DNA from: an uncultured Acidimicrobiales bacterium
GTDB lineage: Bacteria; Actinomycetota; Acidimicrobiia; Acidimicrobiales; CADCTF01
DNA length: 64,000 bases
Assembly (NCBI GenBank): GCA_902805655.1
Contig: CADCTF010000001.1
Span: forward strand, 42,953 to 106,952
Direction: 5' to 3'
In this document: piece after piece, positions 6,479 through 15,761 of the stretch
Layout: every line of letters begins with the position of its first letter
Position numbering within the stretch: the first letter of the stretch is position 1
Made by a program: the position numbers and the translations under genes
The notes under the pieces: generated by a model
What the model saw: only the letters and a program-made list of their open reading frames with translations
The model's database searches: none
What the model was told of the DNA's origin: nothing

Positions 6479-8938
6479 ATGACCTTGACTCCCGTGGCGC
6501 CTCGGAGTGGGATGCCGGCGGCCGACGACTGGCTGTCGCGAGTGCTCGGCCACACCTCCGACATGATCATCGTCGTCGGGCCGGACACACGCGTCCTCTA
6601 CGGGAACCCGGCCGTCGCACGGATCCTCGGCTACGAGGGATGCCTGATCGGCGAGCTGGCCCTGGACGTGTGCCACCCGGAGGACCGGACCAGCGTGGCC
6701 CTCGGGCTGCAACAGCGAATCGAGGACGGCGGCAGCCACGCTGGCACCCGCTACCGGGTGCGGCACGCCGACGGATCCTGGCGGCTGGCGGAGTCCATCG
6801 CCGACAACCAGCTGCACAACCCCGCCATCGGCGGCGTGGTCATCACGACGCGCGACGTGACGTCCGAGACGGCGGCCTCCGGCGCTCTGGCGGAGAGCGA
6901 GGCCCGGTACCGGACCCTCGTCGAACGGTGCCCCACGGGCATCTTGATCCACGAGGGCGGCGTGATCCGCTACGCCAACCCGGCGGCGCTGTCGGGGCTC
7001 GCCGCCAGCGCGTCAGATCAGGTCGTCGGCCGGTCCACGCTGGACTTCATTGATCCGGGCTTCGCGGCCGAGGGGGCCCAACGCGTCCGCGCCACGCAGC
7101 AACGCGGCGAGGTGGCGGGGCCGGCCCACCTGCGGGCGGTCCGGGTCGACGGCGTGGTCATCGACGTGCAGATCACGTCCATGCCCTTCACGTGGGAGGG
7201 CCGTCCGGCCAGGCAGGTCGTGCTGACCGACATAACCACCGAGCACCGGTCGCGGCGTGCCCTCGCCGCTTCCGAGCAGCGGTTCCGCAGCGCCTTCCAC
7301 GACCTGGGCACCGGCATGCTGCTGGCGGATGCGGTCTCGGGGCGCCTCGTGGACGCCAACCGCGAGCTGGCAGAGCTTCTCGGGTACGGCCACGACGAGC
7401 TCGTCGGGCGGTACTGGCAGGAGCTCGTGCACCCGGCCGACCGCGGCGCGGACGACGAGCTGCTGGACGCGAAGGCGGGGGCGACCACCTCGGAGCGACG
7501 GTACGTCCGCAAGGACGGCGCCCCGGTCTGGGTCGCCGTCACCACGTCGGAGATCGACAGCGGGGAGCAGCGACCTCTGCTGCTGGCTCAGGTGCAGGAC
7601 GTCACCGAGCGCAAGCGCGTGGAGGCGGCCCGCAGCTTCGAGGCGACCCATGACCAGCTGACTGGCCTCCCCAACCGGGTGGTGCTGGTCGAACGGCTCA
7701 CCGCCGCCCTGGAGCGGGCCGGCACCCGGCCCGACAGCGTGGCCGTGCTCTTCGTCGACGTCGACGAGTTCAAGCTCGTGAACGACGGCTACGGCCACGC
7801 AGCAGGCGACCAGGTGATCGCCGCCCTCGGCCAGCGCCTCCGGCGGGCCGTGCGCCCGGGCGACCTGGTGGCCCGGTTCGCCGGCGACGAGTTCGTGGTG
7901 CTCTGCGAAGGCGTGCAGGGCCAGAGCGCAGCCGTCGGCCTCGCCGAGCGGCTCTTCGAGATCATGGCCGACCCGGTGGTCATCCAAGGCTCGGAGATCC
8001 TCCTCACCGCCAGCATCGGCATCGCCTTCGGCGGCGACGGTGACAGCGGTGCCAATGCCCTGCTTCGCGACGCTGACATCGCCATGTTCGAGGCCAAGGC
8101 CCGGGGCCGGGCCCGCTACACCGTGTTCGACGAGACGCTGAGGGGCCAGTCCAAGCAACGGCTGGAGACCATGCAGGCCCTCCGGCGAGCGCTCGATCGC
8201 GAGGAGCTGCGGCTCTTCTACCAGCCGATCATGGATCTTCCCCGCGACACGATGGTCGGCGTCGAGGCCCTCATCCGTTGGGAGCACCCGACAAGAGGGC
8301 TGCTGAGCCCCATCGAGTTCATGCCCGTGGCCGAGCAGAGTGGCTTGATGGTCTCGATCGGCAAGTGGGTGATCGAGGAGGCCTGTCGGCAGGCGGCCCG
8401 ATGGGCTGCGGACCCGGCCGTCGCACCCATCGTCATGTCGGTCAACCTCTCCGCCCGCCAGCTGACCGACCCCCATCTCGTCGACGACGTGGCCGAGGCG
8501 CTCGGCGCTACTGGGCTGCATCCCTCGCTCCTGTGCCTGGAGCTCACCGAGAGCGCGGTGATGGAAGATCCGGAGGGAGCCGCTGAGGTGCTCCGGCAGC
8601 TCCGAGACCTCGGGGCATCCCTGGCCATCGACGACTTCGGCACCGGCTACTCCTCGCTCAGCTACCTGCGCCGGTTGCGGGTCGACCACCTCAAGATCGA
8701 CCGCAGCTTCATCGACGGGCTGGGCACCGAAGGCGAGGACACCCAGATCGTCACCGCGGTGGTGCGGCTGGCCCACGAGCTGAAGTTGGCCGTGGTGGCC
8801 GAAGGGGTGGAGACCGAGACGCAGCTCGGCGCGCTTCGGGCGCTCGGCTGCGACACGGCTCAGGGCTACTACTTCGCCCGCCCTCAACCGGCTGCGGACC
8901 TGTCGAAGTGGGAGCGGTTCCCCTCCTCCGAACGCTGA
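6479..8938 (+). CDS. PAS-PAS-PAS-GGDEF(AGDEF)-EAL c-di-GMP turnover protein
   Basis: ORF 6377..8938 with the start moved to ATG 6479 (MTLTPVAPRSG...). Three PAS-like blocks. GGDEF domain with an RPGD I-site 5 aa before AGDEF. EAL domain with EALIRW, DDFGTGYSSL, KIDRSF and EGVET. Confidence 0.9.
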   Translation: MTLTPVAPRSGMPAADDWLSRVLGHTSDMIIVVGPDTRVLYGNPAVARILGYEGCLIGELALDVCHPEDRTSVALGLQQRIEDGGSHAGTRYRVRHADGSWRLAESIADNQLHNPAIGGVVITTRDVTSETAASGALAESEARYRTLVERCPTGILIHEGGVIRYANPAALSGLAASASDQVVGRSTLDFIDPGFAAEGAQRVRATQQRGEVAGPAHLRAVRVDGVVIDVQITSMPFTWEGRPARQVVLTDITTEHRSRRALAASEQRFRSAFHDLGTGMLLADAVSGRLVDANRELAELLGYGHDELVGRYWQELVHPADRGADDELLDAKAGATTSERRYVRKDGAPVWVAVTTSEIDSGEQRPLLLAQVQDVTERKRVEAARSFEATHDQLTGLPNRVVLVERLTAALERAGTRPDSVAVLFVDVDEFKLVNDGYGHAAGDQVIAALGQRLRRAVRPGDLVARFAGDEFVVLCEGVQGQSAAVGLAERLFEIMADPVVIQGSEILLTASIGIAFGGDGDSGANALLRDADIAMFEAKARGRARYTVFDETLRGQSKQRLETMQALRRALDREELRLFYQPIMDLPRDTMVGVEALIRWEHPTRGLLSPIEFMPVAEQSGLMVSIGKWVIEEACRQAARWAADPAVAPIVMSVNLSARQLTDPHLVDDVAEALGATGLHPSLLCLELTESAVMEDPEGAAEVLRQLRDLGASLAIDDFGTGYSSLSYLRRLRVDHLKIDRSFIDGLGTEGEDTQIVTAVVRLAHELKLAVVAEGVETETQLGALRALGCDTAQGYYFARPQPAADLSKWERFPSSER

Positions 8939-8941
8939 CCC

Positions 8942-9727
8942 CTACCGGCTGAGGAAGGACTCCACCGCCCGGGCCAGTGCCTCGGGCTGCTCGACGGTGA
9001 CCATGTGGCCGGCTTGGGGGATGGTGACGCGCTCGGACGCCGGCACCAGCTCGGCCCAGCGGTCGGCATAGGGCTTCGGGTACAGGCGGTCTCCCTCTCC
9101 CCATGTCACCAAGGTCTCGGCTCGCAGCCGGTACAGCCGCTTGGAGAGCCGCCGGTTGGGGATGGGGAAGAGGATCTTCCCGGCCGTGCCCAACCGCTTG
9201 GCGTTGCCGATCATGAACTCCACGAGCACCTCGGGATCCGAGAAGTCGCCGCGACGCCCTGCGCCGGCCGCGGCAGCCGCCTCGTCGAAGAACATGATCC
9301 TCCCGAGGTCGTGAGGCAGGGTGGCGAAGACGTCCGGCACCGGATGGTCGTCGAGCCAGAGGCCGGCCGGGGCGACGAGCACGAGCTTGCGGGGCCGCTC
9401 GGGACTGATGCAGGCCATCTCGGCGGCGATCATCCCGCCCATGGAGTGCGCCACCAGATCGGGATGATCGAGGCCGAGCGCATCGGCCACGTCCCAACCG
9501 TGCAGGGTGAAGTCGAGCATGTCCTCCAGAAGGTCCTCGCCTGTCGACTCGCCGTAGCCGGGATGCTCTGGGGCCAGCACGCGCCGGTGCTCTGCGAGTC
9601 GCGCCAGGAAGGGGTCTCGCTCGTCCAGCCCCCCTGCGCCGTGCAGGTACAGCACCGGCTCACCGGCGCCGATCGCGAGCACCCGGCAGGAGGTGCCTCG
9701 GATGGTGTCGATGCGTGACCACGCCAT
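8942..9727 (-). CDS. alpha/beta hydrolase
   Basis: Start at ATG 9727 (MAWSRIDTIRGTSCRVLAIG...), overlapping the stop of the upstream LLM gene by 1 nt (TGATG). LYLHGAGG oxyanion region and nucleophile elbow AHSMGG. Confidence 0.85.
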   Translation of the reverse strand: MAWSRIDTIRGTSCRVLAIGAGEPVLYLHGAGGLDERDPFLARLAEHRRVLAPEHPGYGESTGEDLLEDMLDFTLHGWDVADALGLDHPDLVAHSMGGMIAAEMACISPERPRKLVLVAPAGLWLDDHPVPDVFATLPHDLGRIMFFDEAAAAAGAGRRGDFSDPEVLVEFMIGNAKRLGTAGKILFPIPNRRLSKRLYRLRAETLVTWGEGDRLYPKPYADRWAELVPASERVTIPQAGHMVTVEQPEALARAVESFLSR

Positions 9728-10995
9728 CAGACGTCCGCCTCCGTGCGAGGGTGCCGGGCGGTGCCCCCAACCGTGTCGAGCGGATTCAGGCGGGTGTCGA
9801 TCGGCTTGGCCCACCAGCGATCGTCGCCGACATGGTCCGGCCACATGTCGCGAAGTCGCGGCATGACGTGATCGGCGAACATCTGGGTGGAGTAGCGGGT
9901 CTTCCAGTCCGGCTGGTCACCGTTGTGCATGAGGCAGAACACGTTCCCGACCCGCAGGCCCGTGATCATGTCCTTCATGCGGTCGACCACCGTGTCCGGG
10001 CTCCCGGCGATGATGTAGCCACCGTCGACCAGGTCCTTCCAGCTCAGGCTCGAGAACCGCCGCTGGGAGGCTGCCGCCAGCTGGTTGAGGGCTCCGGCCT
10101 GGATCGTCTTGATCGTGCGGTATCCCGGGGCATCGGCGAACCCGGGATACACGTGGAGGCAGCGGTTGTAGAAGTACAAGATGTGCTCGGAGTACAGCCG
10201 CTCCGCCTCGGCGTCGGTCTCGGCCACGCAGACGATCTGGGCGAACGCCGCCCGGTACGGGGAATCGTCGACACCCCGCTCGGCGATGCGCTGCCAATAC
10301 CCGTCCATCAGCCGCTTGCCGGCCTTGTAGCCGCTGAAGGACAGGTACGAGTAGTTGTAGCCGTTGTCGATGCAGAAGTCCCAGGTCTCCACCGAGCCGC
10401 CGCCAGGGATGTAGATCGGTGGGTGCGGCTTCTGTATCGGCTTGGGCCAGCAGTTCACGTACCGCAGCTGGTTGTACTTGCCGTCGAAGGCGAAGGGCTC
10501 GTCCTCCGTCCAGGCCCGGATGATGAGCTCGTGGGCCTCGCTGTACTTGTCCCGCGTGAGCGCAGGCACCTGCCCGTAGCAGTAGTTCGTGTCCATCGAC
10601 GTGCCGACCGGGAAGCCGCAGATGAGCCGCCCGCCGGAGATCACGTCCAGCATGGCGAACTCCTCGGCGACGCGGATGGGCGGGTTGTACAGCGCGATGG
10701 AGTTGCCGATCACGGCGATAGCGGCCTTCGACGTCCGCCGGGCGAGGCCGGCGGCGATGATGTTCGGTGACGGCATGAGCCCGTACCCGTTCTGGTGGTG
10801 CTCGTTGACACCGATGGCGTCGAAACCGAGGCTGTCGGCGAACTCCAGCTGATCCATGTACTCGTGGTACACGGCGTGCCCCCGCACCGGGTCGTAGAGG
10901 CGGCTGTCGATGTCGACCCAGACGGAGCGGTGCTCTTCACGGAAGTCGTCCGGCAGATCGGGCCAAGGCATCAGGTTGAACCAGGTGAACTTCAC
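9727..10995 (-). CDS. luciferase-like (LLM) flavin/F420-dependent monooxygenase
   Basis: C-terminal 422 aa of ORF 9727..12744, from GTG 10995 (VKFTWFNLMPWPDLP...FDAIGVNEHHQNGYGL...). GGAAGG lies 9 nt upstream. The rest of the ORF is antisense to the LCP gene. Confidence 0.85.
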   Translation of the reverse strand: MKFTWFNLMPWPDLPDDFREEHRSVWVDIDSRLYDPVRGHAVYHEYMDQLEFADSLGFDAIGVNEHHQNGYGLMPSPNIIAAGLARRTSKAAIAVIGNSIALYNPPIRVAEEFAMLDVISGGRLICGFPVGTSMDTNYCYGQVPALTRDKYSEAHELIIRAWTEDEPFAFDGKYNQLRYVNCWPKPIQKPHPPIYIPGGGSVETWDFCIDNGYNYSYLSFSGYKAGKRLMDGYWQRIAERGVDDSPYRAAFAQIVCVAETDAEAERLYSEHILYFYNRCLHVYPGFADAPGYRTIKTIQAGALNQLAAASQRRFSSLSWKDLVDGGYIIAGSPDTVVDRMKDMITGLRVGNVFCLMHNGDQPDWKTRYSTQMFADHVMPRLRDMWPDHVGDDRWWAKPIDTRLNPLDTVGGTARHPRTEADV

Positions 10996-11073
10996 GCCAC
11001 CACGCCCTTCCGATATGGGTCTTTGCGCGGAAACGTACACGTTTGGCCGCGATTGATCTTGCGTCGCGACAGA

Positions 11074-11079
11074 TACCCT
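11074..11079 (+). promoter_or_regulatory. putative -10 hexamer TACCCT, 9 nt before ATG 11089 (short or no leader)
   Basis: TANNNT pattern in an otherwise GC-rich intergenic region. Part of the recurrent placement pattern described in findings. Confidence 0.35.
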
Positions 11080-11088
11080 GCAGAGCCA

Positions 11089-12570
11089 ATGGAAGCCCGC
11101 GGGCGCGAGGTCGAACCTGCTCGCCCGCGGAGGCGCCGGCGGCGCGCGCTGAAGATCGGCGCAGTGCTGGTGGCCATCACGCTGCTCGCCGGTCTGGCCG
11201 GTGCCGGGCGCCTGTACTGGCGGTACCAGCAGGTGCCCCGTGTGCCCTTCGAGCCCGAGGTGCTGACCGACGCGCCGAAGTCCGGGCCGCAGAACTTCCT
11301 CCTCGTCGGCAGTGACTCCCGCGCCTTCGTGAACGGCGATGACGACGTGGTGGCGTACGGCACGGCCGAGGAGGTCGGCGAGCCGCACGCCGACACCATC
11401 CTCCTCATTCGCACCTTCCCCGACACCGGGCGGGCGGCCCTCGTCTCGTTCCCACGCGACCTCTACCTGCCCATTGCGGGCACCGGCACCGATGGACGCA
11501 TCAACACCGCCATCCAGGGCGGTCCCCAACGGCTGGTGCAGACCATCACCGAGCGCTTCGACATCCCGATCCACCACTACGTGCAGGTGGACTTCGCCGG
11601 GTTCAAGGGCCTGGTCGACGCCATCGGCGGGGTGGACATCAACTTCCCGACTCCTGTGCGCGACTGGGACAGCGAGAATGGCCAGACGCTCACCGGGCTG
11701 GAGTTCCTCGTTCCTGGCTGCGTTCGACTCAACGGCGACGAGGCTCTGGCCTACGTCCGGAGCCGCCACTACCAGCAGCTGATCGACGGCGAGTGGCAGA
11801 ACGACCCCGCCGGCGACCTCAACCGCATCAAGCGGCAGCAGGACTTCATCCACCGAACGCTGCGCCAGACGCTGTCCAGAGGCCTGCTCGACCCGCGCCG
11901 GCTCGACTCGCTGCTCACGGTCGGCATCGAGAGCGTCACCCTCGACGACCAGCTCGGTCTGAGCGACCTGGCCCGGCTCAGCCGCCAGTTCGGGTCGATC
12001 TCCCCCGACTCGCTGCAGACCTACGTCGTGCCCACGGTGCCGTTCCGGGGGCCACCCCCCAACCGGGACTACCTGCTCCGGCTCGACCCGACGGGCGCGG
12101 AGCCGATCCTCAACGTCTTCCGGGGACAGACCCGCGAACCCGAGCTCCTCCAGCCGAACTCGGTGCGCACGAGGGTGGTCGACCGCTCGCGCACGACCGA
12201 CCGCGTGCGGCTGGCCGCCTACCAGCTGGCCGCCGCCGGCTTCGCCATCGACGAGGTCGCTCCCGGCGAGCCCGGACGACGCACCGTGGTCCGCTACGGC
12301 ACCGGCAAGCTGGTCAAGGCACAGCTCGTCGCTCGCCACCTGGACGGGCCTGCGGAGCTGCAGCTCGACCCGGACCTGAGATCGGTGGACGTCGCCCTGG
12401 TGCTCGGCAGTGACTGGCGCGGCGTGGCCGAGACCGGTGCTCCCCCGCCGGAGACGACCACGCCCGAGTCGGGTGCGGAGCCGCCCCCGGCGACGGAGCC
12501 GTCCGTTCCGGTGGCCCCCACGTCCACCACGCCGCAGGTCGGCGCCATCGGGCCGAGCGGCGGCTGCTAG
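11089..12570 (+). CDS. LytR-CpsA-Psr (LCP) family cell-wall glycopolymer ligase with LytR_C-like domain
   Basis: From ATG 11089: basic N-terminus plus TM (ALKIGAVLVAITLLAGLAG). LCP core (NFLLVGSDSR...ADTILLIRT...SFPRDLYL...HYVQVDFAGFKGLVDAIGGV...LNGDEALAYVRSR). C-terminal LytR_C-like region and a Pro/Thr-rich tail. Confidence 0.88.
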   Translation: MEARGREVEPARPRRRRRRALKIGAVLVAITLLAGLAGAGRLYWRYQQVPRVPFEPEVLTDAPKSGPQNFLLVGSDSRAFVNGDDDVVAYGTAEEVGEPHADTILLIRTFPDTGRAALVSFPRDLYLPIAGTGTDGRINTAIQGGPQRLVQTITERFDIPIHHYVQVDFAGFKGLVDAIGGVDINFPTPVRDWDSENGQTLTGLEFLVPGCVRLNGDEALAYVRSRHYQQLIDGEWQNDPAGDLNRIKRQQDFIHRTLRQTLSRGLLDPRRLDSLLTVGIESVTLDDQLGLSDLARLSRQFGSISPDSLQTYVVPTVPFRGPPPNRDYLLRLDPTGAEPILNVFRGQTREPELLQPNSVRTRVVDRSRTTDRVRLAAYQLAAAGFAIDEVAPGEPGRRTVVRYGTGKLVKAQLVARHLDGPAELQLDPDLRSVDVALVLGSDWRGVAETGAPPPETTTPESGAEPPPATEPSVPVAPTSTTPQVGAIGPSGGC

Positions 12571-12580
12571 GCGGAGACCC

Positions 12581-13381
12581 CTAGCCGACCATCGCGCACT
12601 GGCCGCCGTCGACGGGAAGCACGACTCCGGTGATGAACGCCGCCTCGTCGGAGGCCAGGAAGAGGGCGGCGTGGGCGACGTCCCACGCGCTCCCCTGATG
12701 ACGCAGTGGCACCTGGCGGGCACGAGCCTCGGCCACCTCGGCACGGGGCACCCCGCGGGCCTTGGCGGCGGCGTCCACCGCCATCGGCGTGTCGATGAGG
12801 CCGGGCATGATCACGTTGGCGCGAATGCCGTAGCGGGCGTTGGTGACGGCCATGTTCTGCGTCAGCGCGTTGATCCCCGCCTTCGAGATCTTGTACGCGG
12901 TGAGGCTCCCGGCCGCCGAAACGGCCGCAGCCGACGAGATCGACACGATCGAGCCGCTGCCCTGCTCGCGCATGACCGGGATCACGTGCTTGCAGGTGAG
13001 CCACAGTGCCCGCAGGTTCACGTTCATGATGCGGTCCCAGCCCTCCTCGGTGAGCGAGGAGGGCGAGCCGTCACCTGCGCCGATGCCGACGTTGTTGTGG
13101 AGGATGTCGATGCGACCGAGCACCTTGCGGGCGTCGGCCACCAGCGCCTCCGCCGCGCCGGGCTGGGCGATGTCGCACACCAGCACGTCGGCTCGGCCCC
13201 CCTCGGCGGCGATGCGGGCGGCGGTCTCGTTCGCCGACCCCTCGTGCCGGTCGACCACCACCACGTGGGCACCCTCCCGAGCGAAGAGCATCGCGGTCGC
13301 ACGGCCGTTCCCCATCGTCTCGCCGGGAGTCTGCCCGGCACCCACCACGAGCGCGGCCTTGCCCGCCAAGCGCCCGGCCAT
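12581..13381 (-). CDS. short-chain dehydrogenase/reductase (SDR)
   Basis: 266 aa. GKAALVVGAG cofactor motif, NNVG, and catalytic S...YxxxK (SISS...AYKISKAG). Confidence 0.9.
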   Translation of the reverse strand: MAGRLAGKAALVVGAGQTPGETMGNGRATAMLFAREGAHVVVVDRHEGSANETAARIAAEGGRADVLVCDIAQPGAAEALVADARKVLGRIDILHNNVGIGAGDGSPSSLTEEGWDRIMNVNLRALWLTCKHVIPVMREQGSGSIVSISSAAAVSAAGSLTAYKISKAGINALTQNMAVTNARYGIRANVIMPGLIDTPMAVDAAAKARGVPRAEVAEARARQVPLRHQGSAWDVAHAALFLASDEAAFITGVVLPVDGGQCAMVG

Positions 13382-13947
13382 CAGACCTCACCCAGCTTCG
13401 GCTGGTCCTCGCGCTCCACCTGCGTGCCGAAGGAGTTGAGCGCGCCGGCGAGGAGGGCGTAGTGGCCCGAGAGCATGGGCACCTCGATGAGCTGCTCGGT
13501 GGTGTACCGCTCCGCGAGCGACGCCCAGGTGGCCTCGCCGATGCGGTGATCGTCGTGGATCTCGTCGACGGCCCGCAGCAGCACCGCGTCCTCTTCGCTC
13601 CACCCGGCGGCGTCCGGGCCCTCGGCCACCCGGCGCATCTCCTCGTCGCTCAGTCCCGCCTGCTGGCCGATGGGCACGTGCTGGGCCCACTCGTACCGGG
13701 CGTTGCAGCGCACCGCCGTCCGCAGGATGATCAGCTCACGGTCCCTCGGGGACAGCTTCCCTCCCTGCAGCAGCTTGCCGCCGAAGGGCATCCACCGGCG
13801 AAAGAGCCCGGGGTGGCGGGCCAGCGTGGTGAAGATGTTCATCTTCGACTGCCGGGGACCCATCGACTCGAGCATCTCCTTCTGGTCCGGGGTCTGCTCC
13901 TCGGGGGTCAGGGGCGGGATGCGTGGAGTGCTCGAAAGGTCGCTCAT
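13381..13947 (-). CDS. carboxymuconolactone decarboxylase (AhpD-like) family protein
   Basis: 188 aa. LSPRDRELIILRTAVRCNARYEWAQH pattern typical of CMD/AhpD-like proteins. ATGA overlap with the SDR start. Confidence 0.78.
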   Translation of the reverse strand: MSDLSSTPRIPPLTPEEQTPDQKEMLESMGPRQSKMNIFTTLARHPGLFRRWMPFGGKLLQGGKLSPRDRELIILRTAVRCNARYEWAQHVPIGQQAGLSDEEMRRVAEGPDAAGWSEEDAVLLRAVDEIHDDHRIGEATWASLAERYTTEQLIEVPMLSGHYALLAGALNSFGTQVEREDQPKLGEV

Positions 13948-14032
13948 CGGCCCATCCTGTCGCGCCGGCCACGTGCCGTGCGTCGCCGACTCGACCCCGC
14001 GGATCTCCGGATCCGTTGTCGCCGCGCGTCGT

Positions 14033-14038
14033 TAGGCT
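14033..14038 (+). promoter_or_regulatory. putative -10 hexamer TAGGCT, 8 nt before GTG 14047 (leaderless ABC operon)
   Basis: TANNNT at the distance expected if transcription starts at the start codon. Confidence 0.4.
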
Positions 14039-14046
14039 CCGCCAGC

Positions 14047-14982
14047 GTGACTTCGGGCCAGCGGCACCTCGTGGAGGCTCGCGGGCTCACGAAGAGCTTC
14101 GGCGACTTCGTGGCCGTTGCCGGCATCGACTTCGAGGTCGCGCCGGGTGAGGCGTTCGGCTTCCTCGGGCCCAACGGCGCAGGCAAGACGTCGACCATGC
14201 GGATGATCGGGTGCACGTCGCCGGCCACCGGCGGCACCCTGCGGGTGCTCGGCATGGATCCCGCCGTCGACGGGTCGGCGATCCGTGCCCGCCTGGGCGT
14301 CGTCCCGCAGGAGGACACGCTCGACCTCGAGCTCACCGTCCGCGAGAACCTGATCGTCTACGGCCGCTACTTCGACCTGCCACGGGCGGTGCTGCGGTCG
14401 CGCATCGACGAGCTGCTGGCCTTCGTCCACCTCGAGGACCGAGCATCGAGCAAGGTCGATCCGCTCTCCGGGGGCATGAAGCGCCGGCTCACGATCGCCC
14501 GCTCGCTCATCAACGAACCCGAGCTGTTGCTGCTCGACGAGCCGACGACGGGCCTCGACCCGCAAGCCCGTCACGTCCTGTGGGACCGGTTGTGGAGCCT
14601 CAAGCAACAGGGGGTCACGCTGCTGCTCACGACGCACTACATGGACGAGGCCGAGCAGCTGTGCGACCGCCTCGTGATCATGGACGACGCCAGGATCGTG
14701 GCGGAGGGGTCGCCAAGACAGCTCATCGACCGGTACTCGACCCGGGAGGTGGTCGAGCTGCGCTTCCCACCTGGCACCGCCGCCGGCCACACGCCGGCGC
14801 TGGAGGGGGTGGGCGACCGCGTCGAGGCACTGGCCGACCGCGTGCTCGTGTACACGGGCGATGGGGACGCCACGGTGGCCGCGGTGCACGCCCGCGGCAT
14901 CACGCCGGCGGCCGTCCTCGTCCGGCGCGGCACCCTGGAGGACGTCTTCCTCCACCTCACCGGCCGGACCTTGGTGGAGTAG
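14047..14982 (+). CDS. ABC transporter ATP-binding protein (DrrA/NodI-like, ABC-2 exporter type)
   Basis: From GTG 14047 in ORF 13462..14982. Walker A GPNGAGKTS, signature LSGGMKRR, Walker B LLLLDEPTTGLD. Confidence 0.9.
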   Translation: MTSGQRHLVEARGLTKSFGDFVAVAGIDFEVAPGEAFGFLGPNGAGKTSTMRMIGCTSPATGGTLRVLGMDPAVDGSAIRARLGVVPQEDTLDLELTVRENLIVYGRYFDLPRAVLRSRIDELLAFVHLEDRASSKVDPLSGGMKRRLTIARSLINEPELLLLDEPTTGLDPQARHVLWDRLWSLKQQGVTLLLTTHYMDEAEQLCDRLVIMDDARIVAEGSPRQLIDRYSTREVVELRFPPGTAAGHTPALEGVGDRVEALADRVLVYTGDGDATVAAVHARGITPAAVLVRRGTLEDVFLHLTGRTLVE

Positions 14983-14984
14983 CG

Positions 14985-15761
14985 ATGCCCTCGCCGGCCA
15001 TCCGCGTCCTCGAGCACCAGCTCGTCGTGTACCGCACCACCTGGCGAGGAAGCGTCGTGTCGTCCTTCCTCGCGCCGGTGCTGTACCTGCTCGCCATGGG
15101 CGTCGGGCTCGGGTCGATCATCGACCCGGCATCGCGTGAAGCCCACCTTGGTGGTGTCTCCTACCTCGCCTTCGTGGCGCCCGGCCTGCTGGCCGCCGCC
15201 GCCATGCAGACCGCGGTCGGTGAGTCGATGTTCCCGATCATGGCCGGCATCAAGTGGCTGCGGACCTACCACGCCATGCTCGCCGGCCCCATCGGCGTGT
15301 CCGACCTGGTGTTGGGCCAGTTCCTCTGGATGGCGCTGCGGATCACGATGGTCGCGACCGCCTACCTGGCCACGATCACGCTCTTCGGCGTGGTCGACAG
15401 CCCACTCGGGCTGCTCAGCCCGTTCGCCGCCCTGCTGTGCGGCATGGCCTTCGCCGGCCCCATCGCCGCCTTCGCCGCCACCCAGGAGAACGACCAGTCG
15501 TTCGCACTCATCTTCCGCCTCGCCGTGTTGCCCCTGTTCCTCTTCTCGGGCACCTTCTTCCCTGTCTCCCAGCTCCCGGCGCTGGTGCAGCCGGTGGCAT
15601 GGATCACCCCGCTCTGGCATGGCGTGCAGCTCACCCGCGGCCTCGTGCTCGGCACCCTCGGCGGCGGTGAGGCCGTGCTGCACGTCTGCTACCTCTCGGT
15701 CTGCGTGGCCGCCGGCTGGTTCTTCGCCCAGCGCACGTTCGCCCGTCGTCTGGCGGCGTGA
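14985..15761 (+). CDS. ABC-2 type transporter permease
   Basis: ATG 14985 lies 2 nt after the ATPase stop. 258 aa, about 6 TM (MPSPAIRVLEHQLVVYRTTWRGSVVSSFLAPVLYLL...). Confidence 0.85.
   Translation: MPSPAIRVLEHQLVVYRTTWRGSVVSSFLAPVLYLLAMGVGLGSIIDPASREAHLGGVSYLAFVAPGLLAAAAMQTAVGESMFPIMAGIKWLRTYHAMLAGPIGVSDLVLGQFLWMALRITMVATAYLATITLFGVVDSPLGLLSPFAALLCGMAFAGPIAAFAATQENDQSFALIFRLAVLPLFLFSGTFFPVSQLPALVQPVAWITPLWHGVQLTRGLVLGTLGGGEAVLHVCYLSVCVAAGWFFAQRTFARRLAA

Noticed and set aside
7013-8887. 624-aa minus-strand ORF, plus several 100-180-aa ORFs, opposite the PAS-AGDEF-EAL gene
   Set aside because: It lies wholly inside a gene with unmistakable PAS/GGDEF/EAL motifs on the other strand. The product is low-complexity (Arg, Gly, Pro, His) and the codon bias is wrong.
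10996-12744. 583-codon N-terminal extension of the LLM monooxygenase ORF (track ORF 9727..12744)
   Set aside because: It is antisense to the well-supported LCP gene. LLM homology starts at VKFTWFNLMPW, with a GGAAGG ribosome-binding site.
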